The notes below the pieces were generated by a model. That model did no database searches, was not told the origin of the DNA, and saw nothing but the letters and a program-made list of their open reading frames with translations. A program made the translations under genes and the position numbers. Below are positions 49,985 through 61,350 of a DNA stretch of 64,000 bases, in pieces. Numbering within the stretch: the stretch's first letter is position 1; each line of letters opens with the position of its first letter. The stretch lies in the NCBI RefSeq assembly GCF_964194155.1, contig NC_135910.1, positions 20,460,001 through 20,524,000 on the forward strand, given 5' to 3'. This stretch comes from Cetorhinus maximus (Eukaryota).

Positions 49985-50368
49985 TATGTTACTGGACCAG
50001 TAATCCAGAGATCTGAGCCAACGATCCAGAGACACAAATTCAAATTCCACCATGGCAACAGTTGGGGGAATTTAAATTCAGCTAATAAATGAATTGGAAT
50101 ATAAAGCTAGTCTCAGTAATGGTGACCATGAAACTGTTCCCGATTGTCATAAAGGCCCATCTGGTTCACTGAAGAAATCTGCCATCCTTACCCAGTCTGG
50201 CCTACATGTAATTCCAGACCCACAGCAATGTGCTGCCTTTTAATTGCCCTTTGAAATGGCCTAGCAAGTATTCAAGAAGGTGGCTCTCTGCTACTTTCTC
50301 AAGGGCAATTAGATGTGGGCAATAAATAATGGCATTGCCAGTGACGCCCACATCCTGTACATGAATAT
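49985..50368 (+). mobile_element. tRNA-derived SINE sharing its 3' tail with the LINE family at 20450-23200
   Basis: Head actggaccagtaatccagag..ttcaaattccacca; tail ttctcaagggcaattagatgtgggcaataaat..gacgcccacatcc. Confidence 0.8.
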
Positions 50369-50468
50369 TATAAAATTAGCTAAACGTCCTAATGCTCAAT
50401 TTCCTTTTGCCACAGCTTCTCAACACTGAGCATTGACATTTTTGAGACTCCTGCACTATAGCACCCAG

Positions 50469-51159
50469 GAGAAGAACTATCCCCACGTCGGGGGGGAAGT
50501 GCAGGAGTGGGCGCGGGCAGGCGCGCTTCCGATTGGCGCCCCTGATTGGGGGCACGCCGCCATTTTACGTGGGTGGGCCAATTAAGGCCCGTCCAGCGTG
50601 ACGTCCACCAGGAAGTGCTATGCGCTCCCTGTGCGGGCTGGGGGGGGATGGATTCCCTCGGCCGGGAGTGTACTCTTTTGCGCATGCACACGACAGAGCA
50701 CACTCATCTCCCTGAGGCTAAGTGCAGCCTCAGGGAGATCGGCTCGGAATTGAAACTTTGAAAGTAAATGTTGAAAAAATTTCCCTGACATGTCTCCTTA
50801 TGTGACACTGTCACATGAGTTGGAACATGTCCATCACTTTAATTCAAACATTTATTACATTTTTAAAAACCCTCATGAAACCTCATCCCGCCCGTTTTCT
50901 AAAGCCCACCAGGGCTCCCGACCTGCCCGCCAACCCTAAGTTTGGACGGGCAGGTCTATTAATTAAGTTAACAGCTTTTTAAATGGCCTCAATAGGCCGT
51001 TGACAGGTCGGCGGGCGCACAGCTGACTCAGCCCCCGCCAACCTGAAAATGGAGATGACGCGGGGTGACGTTGGGAATTCCGTCCAACATCATCCCGAGT
51101 CATTTTACGTGTCGGCAAGCGAGCCCTGCCTCCCGCTCGCTGACCTAAATATCCTGCCC
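50469..51159 (+). mobile_element. ~0.69-kb Harbinger-like MITE with CAG TSD
   Basis: CAG at 50466-50468 and 51160-51162; collinear with the other copies. Confidence 0.87.
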
Positions 51160-51162
51160 CAG

Positions 51163-51430
51163 GTCTCCATCCATCAGGATGTCACAGCATTGGGGAGAGT
51201 GCAGAGGAGATTTAGTAAAATGAGAAAATTCAGTTATGTGGGGAGACTGGACAAGCTGGGATTGTCCTCCTTAGAGCAGAGAAGATTAACGGAGATTTAA
51301 TGGGGGTGTTCAAAATCATGAAGGGTTTTGATAGGGTAAGTAAGAAGAAACTGTTTCCAAAACAGGTCAGTAACCAGCGAACACAGATTTAACAGAGGAC
51401 ACAGATTTAAGGTAATTGGTAAAAAGGCAA
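51163..51430 (+). mobile_element. Older CR1 fragment (resumes at ~52350-52600)
   Basis: QDVTALGRVQRRFSKM..RLDKLGLSSLEQRRL; the 3' part tttttatgcactgagttg..aggccgaatggtc lies after the nested inserts. Confidence 0.8.
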
Positions 51431-51451
51431 CCATTGTCCAGAATGCTGTTT

Positions 51452-51741
51452 GGGTACAGCCTCAGAGTAAAGGGATGACCTTTTAGAACAGAGATGAGGA
51501 GAAACTTCTTTACCCAGAGAGTGGTGAATCTATGGAATTCATTGCCACAGAAGGCTGTGGAGGCCAGGTCATTGAGTGTATTTAAGACCGAGATAGATAG
51601 GTTCTTGATTGGTAAGGGGATCAAAGGTTACGGGGAGAAGGCGGGAGAATGGGGTTGAGAAACTTATCAGCCATGATTGAATGGCAGAGCAGAATCGATG
51701 GGCCGAATGGCCTAATGTCTGCTCCTATGTCTTATGGTCTT
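51452..51741 (+). mobile_element. Young CR1 3'-end (~290 bp)
   Basis: Near-identical to the reverse complement of 29715-30005; tail ctcctatgtcttatggtctta. Confidence 0.95.
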
Positions 51742-52109
51742 AAATAAGATGGCAGGGCTCCTCATCTTTCCATCTTGTAGTGAGGAAGCCGTTCTCCAGT
51801 TGGACCAAACATCTGCCTTCCTGTTACCACAGGTTGTCCGTTGCCACTTTAACTGTGGTCATCCACCCGGCCAGCGGCTAGGAGAATCCGCTGCTGCCCA
51901 AGTTTGCACCGGGACGTTAGCCAGCTATTTTCAGAGTTCTTTGTTGAACCTGTCCACCTCACGCAACGTCCTAAGTGGTACTTCAGTCAAGACTTTTACC
52001 ACCAATAGCAAACCCTCAACAAGCAATCCCTACTTCTAGTTGTTCACCTCTCACCATGTTGAGGCATGGGTCGGATTTTGATAAGAGAAACTTGGTTGAG
52101 GCAGTGATA

Positions 52110-52349
52110 TCAGAGCTCGCATATTTTGGACACATGATGCGAACAGTGGGGGAGAGTTTGGAAAAAGAGGTAATGCAAGGTAAAACACCTGGAAAACATG
52201 CACAAGGAAGACCCAAGATGGCATGGATGGATAACATCAGAACATGGACTGGCATCTCTGTGGGAGAGGCAGTGAGGGCAGCGGAGAATAGAAATCAGCG
52301 GAGAAAGATTGTTCACAGTGTGACCAACCCTCAGAATGGGTATGGATGA
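52110..52349 (+). mobile_element. RTE-clade (BovB-like) LINE ORF C-terminus
   Basis: LAYFGHMMRTVGESLEKEVMQGKTPGKHAQGRPKMAWMDNIRTWTG matches the RTE signature L-YFGH-MR..LEK..M-G...GRP..W-D. Confidence 0.85.
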
Positions 52350-52599
52350 AAGATAAGTCAAGACAAAAAAATTAGATGGGGGGTGAGGGTTTTTTTTATG
52401 CACTGAGTTGTGATCTAGAAGGCACTGATTTAATAGTAACTTTCAAAAGGGAATTGGATAAATACTTGAAGGGGATACATTTACAGTGTTAAGGGGAAAG
52501 AGTAGTGGAGCGGGACTAATTGACTCGCTCTTTCAAAGAGCCAGCACAGGTATGATAGGCCGAATGGTCTTTCTTTGTGCTGTATAATTCTATGATTCT

Positions 52600-52990
52600 T
52601 TTATTTCTGTAGCGCCTTTCATGACATCACTATGTCCTGAAGCCAATGAATGATTTTTGAAGTGCAGTCACTATTGTAACGTAGGAAATGCAGCAGCTAA
52701 TTTGTGCACAGTGAGCTCCCACAAACAGCAATACGATAATGAACAGTTGTCTATTTTTTAGTGATTTTGGTTGAGGGATAAATATTGGCCAGGACACCAG
52801 AAACAAATCCCCTGCTCTTCTTTGAAATAGTGCCATTGAGATATTTTATTTCCACTTAAAAGGGCAAATGGGGCCTCGGTTCAAGCTCCCACCTGAAAAG
52901 TAATACTTCTGACAGTGCAGCACTCCCCTGGAGTGTCACTTGGGTAATGTGCTCAAGTATGCTACCTTAGAGGCAATGAGCCGAGGCTAA
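52600..52990 (-). mobile_element. Deu-domain SINE, best-preserved copy
   Basis: tagcgcctttcatgac..gtaggaaatgcagcagctaatttgtgcacag..ggttgagggataaatattggccaggacacc..tgacagtgcagcactccc. Confidence 0.85.
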
Positions 52991-55184
52991 CACTGGTGTC
53001 AATTCATATCTGAAAGAGGGGAGGAGAGAAAAGAAACACAATCTGATCTTAAGCTAGATAGATAAAGATTCTCCTCCTATTCCTGTATCATTTAAAACTT
53101 TCATCAAATTGCAAAGGAGCATCAAGAGATTCCAAGGTCAACTGCATTTCAAAAATGTATTTTTAATCTCCAGATGGGTCAAAAGACTCTTGAGTTTAAT
53201 CATATAATCTTCAGCTAGAATTATTTATGTGATCCCTGCAATAATTATTTATTAATAACTTATATTTGATTTATAAATTTCATCCATCTTTTATGATTTT
53301 CAGAATCGTAAGTTATTTTTATGAATTGAATTCAGCATTTTTGATTCTTTATTAAAATTGTAATTTGATTAGAAATCTGCAAGTCTCTCCCCAAAAGGCT
53401 TTGTCTGCTGCAGGGTTAATTGGAGCTTTCAACTCTGAGATTGATAAATTTTTGTTGGGCTAAGGGTATCAAAGGATAAGGAGCAAATGTGGGTAAATAC
53501 TGTTGAAGTACTAATCAGCCATGATCTCAGGCTCAGGGGGCGGAATGGTCTCATCCTGTTCCTAATGTTCATTCAATTTCACGTCACGTTACCCCTTAAG
53601 AAGCTGGAATTTCCCTTGTGTATAGTACTTTGCTGGTCAATGGTTGGAAGTTCCTATATGGATCCCAGCGACTTCAGTCCCAAGAAAGAAAACAATCAGC
53701 CATTGGTTGACATTGAGTGACCCCTTGTTAAAAGTCTTCATGGGATCAGGCAATGCTGTGATGACCATTTGTGTGAGATACTGGAGAGATGATGGGGTGG
53801 GGGTCACTCCCCCATTTTCTCCCACCATCTCCTGAGGGCTCTGACCTTTCCTGAAATACAGTTTTCCAACACTCGCCTGGAAGAAGGAGTGGGAAAGGGA
53901 AATTCCCAGCCTAACTCAAAGCTGATGCCCAAGTGCATCTACCCCTCCAGCGAGGGGTCACTACTGGAGCTGATCTGCTTTTCTCTCTTCCTAATCCTGG
54001 GAACACGGAGGTAGTTTCAGCTTCCCACTTTCCATCCTATTTGAAAAAGGCTAACTCAGCAGATCAGGGCTGAAACACTGGCTTTGATAGGATGGCTAAA
54101 CTGCAGTGAAGGACCACCAAACCCCCCATTGCTCCCCCACACCCCCACCCCCTCCCACATCCTGAGGGAACAGCTTTGAACTGGGAATGAAAAGACAAGT
54201 AACGCTGGTGGGGTCCAGTTGGTGTGACTGTCTGTCTGACTGGCTACATCCATGGCTCACGTTAAGTGCAATTACAGCCATGTTTCTGAGTGAGATTTAA
54301 ACTCCATCTCTGTGATCAAGGAGTGTTTCTAGATGTTGATGACTTTCTGAATTGTTCAGGCTGATGGGAGTGGGGGTTTTATTAGAATGTTTTCACATAG
54401 CCCAGTGTCTGCACTCACACCCTCCAGTGAGATGATCTACCATTCAGATATCATTTGTTAGTCTGTCCTGCCGCATTCAAAAGTGTGCGCATAAAAAATA
54501 ACCAGGTTCTCTTCTTACACCTCTTTTAAAATGATTTCTCTCCATTCTTCCTACCACAATGCACACTTTTCTGTTTGGTATTTCATCTGCACATTCCACC
54601 AGTTTGTTTATGACATCATTAAATCTATTATTATCTTTCTCTGTTTAATACATTTCCAGGTTTCATATCACCTGCAGTTTTTGAAGTTATGTACTGTACT
54701 CCCCAAGTCTAGGTCACAGGTCTGCTGCTCTACAAGATATTTTGTAATGAATGAACTTGACACCCCAGCTTTAAAATGCCCTCCCTATATGGAATCTGGA
54801 GTCTCCAGGATTCAAGCATGTTCTAATCTTCATATATTGAGATAGAATAAATAAAGTAACAGACAGAAAATTGAAGTTATTAAAAAACACACATTACAAA
54901 AGTGAAAGAAATGAATGAATATGGAATAATATATCAGTGAACAACAGAGAAGGTGATTAATGGCTGCAGGGACATGTGTTAGAATTATGTAGATCTTAGC
55001 TCCAGTGTGGAGCCAATTGTTTTGCTGGTAAATGTGTCAGACATGGGATCACAAATGGAGCAAAAACGAATGGCTAGGTATCCGCTGATGCTGGTTGAGG
55101 GAGGATTGACGCTGTCCATCTTTTTGTTACTTCCAGGCTTAGCTGTGCCAATGCTCTCCTGGCTGGCCTCTCATCTCTCATTCT

Positions 55185-55645
55185 CCATAAAATTGAGCTG
55201 ATCAAAAGCTCCTTTGCATATATCCTAACATGCACCAAGTCGCGTCCCATCACCCCTGTGCTCACTGACTTACATTGGCTCCCAGTCCAGCAAGGTTTTG
55301 ATTTAAAATTCTCATCCTTTTTTTCAAATGCATCAATGACCTTGACTCCTCTTTCTCTGTAATCTTCTCCAGAACCTGTCAGAATCTCTGCACTCCTCCA
55401 ATTCTGGCCTCTTGCACATCCTCATTGAACGTCTCCACCATTGGCAGCCTTGGCCGCAATTGCTGGAATTCCCTTTCGAAACCTCTCCAGCTCTCTCCTC
55501 CTTAGGGCATTCTTTTTTAAAACCTACCTCTTTGACAACTGTTCTAATATCTCCTTTGGCTTGGTGTCGTTTGAGTTTTCTAACAGTCCCAAGAAACACC
55601 CTGGGACATTTTCCTATATTGCAGATGCTACATGAATCTTGTTGC
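55185..55645 (+). mobile_element. L2-type LINE 3' end
   Basis: cccatcacccctgtgctcactgacttacattggctcccagt..tttaaaattctc (ITPVLTDLHWLPV..FKIL). Confidence 0.8.
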
Positions 55646-58214
55646 TGTGAGAGCTCTCTGCTCTTATTCAAATAATATCATTGGATGGAAGCTTTTCAGG
55701 AAAATGGGGCATCAGTTTAATGTTTATTCTCAAGGACAACACCTGTAAGAGAATAACATTATCTCAGTTCTCCTTTGAAGTGGCCTCAATTATATACAAT
55801 ATCTTGAGCCTGTACCTTGGAGGGTGCTACCACTGGGCCAAGCCAATATTTTGATGTTCATTCACTGTGATGTTTAGAATCTGTTAGTATTTGCCCTCTT
55901 TGCTGAGGCATTGAGCTAAACAGACCAGATTCATTCCAGTTTTCATCTCCGGTATTCATCTCAACAAGAACCCCCAGGAAGGTCTAATGATTGGCTCTTT
56001 GCTTGCCCTGCTTTTTGAAGATTTCGATTCTGATTATTACTCATCTAACCCCGTTCCAAAATGGTCAAGTGCAGAATAGACTGGACTGGATTGAATCCCA
56101 GGCCAGAAACTGGACCAGACTGGAATTGACTGGACCAGCCGGAATGGGCTTGACTGGACTGCAGTGGAATGAATTGGATTGGGCCCAACTGTGAGACTTG
56201 AACTGGGTGCTGATGTTCTCGGTCTAGTGTTAAATCATGACCATGTGTTAAAAATCTATTTGAGGAAGGATATGACACTCTTTTGCTGTGCTGGTCAACA
56301 TTCCTCCCTTGTCCAGACACAGGATAAACTGGTCATTCAACTCATTGCTGTTTGTGGAATCTCCCTGCGCTTGGTTAACTCTTGTACTTGCCTACATGGC
56401 ACTTTAAAGTTGTACTTCACTTGTGCAGTACTCGGAGAAGTTTCTGAGGGATGGAATTGTGTGCAGTGCAAAAGCAAGTTATTCCTTCTCACCCTTGGCT
56501 GAGCTAAGGAAACCTGTTTGTGCCAATGGGACTGGGCCCAACTAGAAATTGCTTTGTAAATACTGTGACTTTGCAATTATTTGGTGTGATGTAATGATAC
56601 CACATATTGAGCTGCCTTTTAGACACAAAGTCTGACTACAGCTATAAACATGAGAAAAGGTGCCCCTTGGAAAGAATGTTCATTTAGCAAGAAATTTATT
56701 GTGAAAGTGATACAGTTAACAGGAGAGATGTCAAATGTTTTGAGGTTTGAGACTAGTTTTGACCATTCAGCATAGATTTATTCTCATGTGGGGGCAGAAA
56801 AACATAGAAAAGAAGAGCAAGTCGCTAATTAGCTGGTCTGCCTTTTTCTGCATTTCTATTTTCCCAGGGCATGCATCATTTCCAACCCGATTGTGGATGA
56901 ACAGCCTCCTCTGTTAGCTCGCTCTGCACTGTGCCAAGCTGCACATCGTAAAGAAACATCTTTAAGATTCTCTCCCCTCTCTTTGTGGAGAGGCATCTGG
57001 TGAATAAACTCTGGAACCTGACAGAACGAAGAGAATCACAATCAAAGGAAGAAGGACAAGCCATAAAAAGCCTTTAAAATCTTGCCCTTCTTGACTAATC
57101 GCAACTCCAAACACCTGCCTTCATAACATCCCCGCTTTGCGGTTTCCCATGCTAGACAGCAAGATGTGTCTCTAACGATACAACTCCCTGTTACCTATAT
57201 TTAAATGAGATGAGCCTCTGCTGACCCTAAGTACCTTAATGGTAGAGGTCACGATCCTGCCTTAATTTCTGGGATCGTGGCCCACAGATTTGAAGGTGGG
57301 TCCTTTCCTCGGTGAAACCATTCCCTCCTTGATGGGCAACACCACTTACAAAAGGGGTTTTCACAACCTGGGGGAAGAAGGGAGGCTTTGCAAGACAAAT
57401 GACTGAAAAGTATAAAACAGATTTTGATTTCATCGTTACAGGATAGGAATTTAAGAAATTGGGGATTTGAGCAGTGGGTTCAGGGTGGTGCTAATTATAA
57501 ACATTGTCCATTAGTGTTTCACTATAAGAGCATGAGACAAGACCTATCATTCTTAGGTTGTATGAGCAGCTTCATAACAACCACAACAAAACATCATTTT
57601 GTTTTTCCTTGTCCCTCCTTCTCAGCCCCTGCACCGATGCCTGTGGGGAGTTTCTCTGCAAGGCTGATTTACAGGGTTGAGGTTAAACTGATTGGAAATG
57701 AAAAATGGCCTTTGGAACAGAGAGAAAAAAAACACATCAAAGAGCTGCACATCTTGATAGAGTTGCAATTCTCAGTCCTGAAGGCAAATTTATTAGTGGA
57801 AGCAAATCACATTATATAAAAAATCTAATCTCTTGTTCTTTGTTTTTTCCCTCCTTTCCTGAAGGCACTGCTTTCTCATTGGGCAGGAGTTCCAGCAGCC
57901 CACTGATCATTTTGGCAGCAAATAAAATCATACTCACCAAAATGAAGCACTTCCTGATTTGAATATTTGAAAAGGTGTGAATGTTTTGAAGGCAAAGGTG
58001 CAAACGATTATTTCGCTATCTGTAATTCAAATTAGCAGAAGATTTTTTATAAACTGAAGCTGATTAGCATGTCTGACTTAAATAAAATGTGAAGTTTCCT
58101 GAAAGTCTGTTTCTTTCTTGACATTTGAAAGCTATGGTTTAATTCCCTCACATTTTCTCCTTTCCTCCCTTGAAGACATTGACTGAATGGGTTCATGATC
58201 TAAAATTGTTGAGC

Positions 58215-58832
58215 TCAATATTCAGCCCGGAAGGCTGTAAAGTGCCTAGTCAGAAGATGAGGTGCTGTTCCTCCTCTCTCTCTCTGAACTCTCTCCTGCA
58301 TCCCCACTCCCTTTCCGATCCCCCTTTTTTCCAATAATTTATATAGCTTTTTCTTTTCCCACCTATTTCCATTATTTTTAAATGTATTTCCATCCATTGT
58401 TTTATCTCTGCCCTCTGCCTTTTAGCCTATTTTGATCCCTTCCCCCCAGCCAACCCCCACTAGGGCTATCTGTACCTTGCTCGTCCTGCTTTCTACCCTT
58501 AATGTCACCTATTAGCACATATCTTAGCTAATGTCACCACCGTCAACACCTCTTTGTCCTTTTGTCTATGACATCTTTGGCAATCTCTTCTTTGCCTCCA
58601 CCAATCACTGGCCCTCTATCCAGCTCCACTTGTTCCACCCCCTCCCCCCCTTAAACCAGCTTATATTTCACCTCTCTTCTATTTTTCCTTAGTTCTGTTG
58701 AAGAGTCATACGGACTTGAAACGTTAACTGTGTTCTCCTCTCCGCAGATGCAGTCAGACCTGCTGAGTTTTTCCAGGTATTTTTATTTTTGTTTTTATTT
58801 TGGATTTCCGGCATCCGCAGTTTTTTGCTTTT
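58215..58832 (+). mobile_element. PLE 3' UTR/pLTR with hammerhead motif (58691-58729)
   Basis: Homologous to the reverse complement of 61390-61850; agtt-CTGTTGA-a-gagtc-atacg-gactt-GAAAC-GTT-aact. Confidence 0.88.
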
Positions 58833-59559
58833 ACCTCAGAAATGAGTATGTATCTGGCTCACATTGCTACCTGGGCTCTGCTGTGTGTTGTGACTCCAGT
58901 TGGAGTGATTCATCTCCAGGGTTTGCTCACCAGTGTCTGGGAGATTCATCTACAATTCCAGGAGACTCCAGGAGGGTTGGCAACACCACTTCCAACAGCA
59001 GTAATGTTCTGAATATAAATCAAGGTGCAAATGGCATTGTGCACTCTTCACTCTTTTACTACATTTGTAAAAGTCTGAATGAAAGGTTCCACCTGAAAAC
59101 GTAACCCATATTTCCTTTACATTTGTTGACTTGTTCTGCACACTAAATATGTCCGGTTTCAGATTGCCAGTGCCTGTGATTTTGCCTGCTAGTTCTAAGT
59201 GTTGTTTTATCTTCTTGCTCTGCAGGCTGAATCAAGGAAGTTGAGGAAGAATAATAGCCTGCCATGCCTGAGTTGACGTGCTAGACTCATTAACGCTCAT
59301 CCTATACCTAGCTCAAGGTGTGGAAGTCTGAAATGAGATGCGAATTGCTGCTTTTTCAGCTAAGACCTGCTGTTGATTTGGGACATAGTGTAATGCTGCT
59401 TTCATGTCAGCTCCTGTTTTAGTTAAATCACCTGATTTATGCCCTGAAGCTGGTTCACAACCGAGATGTTGCGCATTATGCAGGCGGACGTGCATTGTGC
59501 ATGTGCACTTTGTTCAAAGTCACATGCACGGCTTCATAAGCCTGGGCATAGGACCTTCT

Positions 59560-59840
59560 CCTCCAGCAACATAACACTCCCAGATATCTGAGCTCCTCCA
59601 ATTCTGGCTTCTTGTATATCCCCAATATTAAATTCTCCATCGGTGGCTGAGCCTTCAGCTGCCTGGGCCTTAAGCTCTGGAATTATCTCCCAAAACCTCT
59701 CCATCTCTCTCTCCTCCTTTAAGACACTCTTTAAAAACCTACATTCACCCATTTGTTGTTCAGTGCCAAATTTTGCCTGATCATGAAGCACCTTTGGGCA
59801 TTAAGACACTAAAGGTGCTATATAAATGCAAGTTGTTGTT
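59560..59840 (+). mobile_element. L2-type 3' end
   Basis: gccttcagctgcctgggccttaagctctggaat..cctttaagacactctttaaaaaccta..aaaggtgctatataaatgcaagttgttgtt. Confidence 0.8.
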
Positions 59841-60877
59841 ACTTCGAAGATGGCCTGAACTGCTTTGGTTTACATGATGACTGCTCCCAATAAGAGTGGT
59901 TTTGTTACGGAGCTAGGTTATTCTATCAGGGACACTGAGAAGGGTCACGGAGCTGCTGCTAGTTTCACAGGGAGGCAGCCCACTGATGTTAAATGATGCT
60001 ACAGCTACACAACTCACTGTTGTGTCCTCTGTGTTCGGTCCAAGCCCTTTACTGCACGGTTGGCCTTTTGAAGTAAGCAAGACTGATTTGCCAGTAGCTG
60101 CTGCCAGGACAGAGACTTGCCCGTTGGCCGCACATAATGACAAATGGCAGAGGGCCCAAGCAACAGCCAACATTCAGAGAATCTCTCCCTATATTCTTAA
60201 GTCTCAGCTGGTAACATTCATGCTTCTGAGCCAAAGGCTATGGATTCAATCCTACTGCATGGCTTGAGTAACAGTTGCTATATAAATGCAACTCCTTTGT
60301 TTCTTTATCTTATCGCTGTTCATGCAATATTACTTACATAGGGTTACATAGGAAATACAGAACAGAAACAGGCCATTCAGCCCAACCAGTCCATGCTGGT
60401 GTTTATGTTCCACTCGAGCTTCCTCCCAACTTTCCTCATCTGAATCTACCATCGTAACCCTCTATTCCCTTCTTCCCTGCCTAACTTCCCTTAAATGTAT
60501 CTATAGTATTTGCTTCAACCGCTTTCTGTGGTAGTGAGTTCCACAGCCTCCAACAGCTCTGCCTCATTTGCTTACATGGAGTGAACGGGCATCAATAGCT
60601 TTGGGAAAATTCTTTAAAAACACAAGTTCTTTCTTTATTCTGTTTCCTTTTCAAGATTTTATTCCAAACCTCCACAACATTGATCGTGATTGGCCTGGGA
60701 ACAATGGGAACATGGCCAATTGAAAAGTGGCTCTGTTTCCAAAGGGGACTCATTGATTTAGACTTGTTTCTCACTCAGGGGAATGTTCAAATCCTGGGTA
60801 ACACATGGTAAAAATGAGGAAGTTAGGAATAAGAGTTAGGGAGGAGTAAGAACCTAGTTACTCAAAGGGTACTTAGA

Positions 60878-61350
60878 GACTCATAGACGTCTACAGCACA
60901 GAAAGAGGCCATTTGGCCCATTGTGTCTGCGCCGGTCAACAAAGATCTGACGACACTAATCCCATTTTCCAGCGCTTGGCTCATAGCCCTGGAGGCTATG
61001 GAAACGCAAGTGAATATCTAAATACTTCTTAAATGTTACAAGAGTTTCTGACTCAACCACCCTTTCAGGCAGTGAGTTCCAGACTCCCACCACCCTCTGG
61101 GTGAAAAAATTTCTCCTCGACTCCCCTCTTAGCCTTCTACCTCTTACCTTAAATCTATGCCCCCTGGTTATTGACCCCTCCACTAATAGAAAAAGTGCCT
61201 TCCTCTTCACCCTATCTATGCCTCTCATAATCTTATACACCTCTATCAGGTCACCTCTCAACCTTCGCAGCTCCAAGGAAAACAACCCCAGCCTATCCAA
61301 TCTTTCCTCATAGCTCAGACCCTCCAGCCCAGGCAGCATCCTGGTAAATC
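60878..61350 (-). mobile_element. CR1 3' part (5' part continues at 63074-63880)
   Basis: MLPGLEGLSYEERLDRLGLFSLELRRLRGDLIEVYKIMRG..FFTQRVVGVWNSLP. Confidence 0.95.

Noticed and set aside
56078-56190. Repeated ctgga/tgga words
   Set aside because: Degenerate pentanucleotide microsatellite with no higher-order structure.
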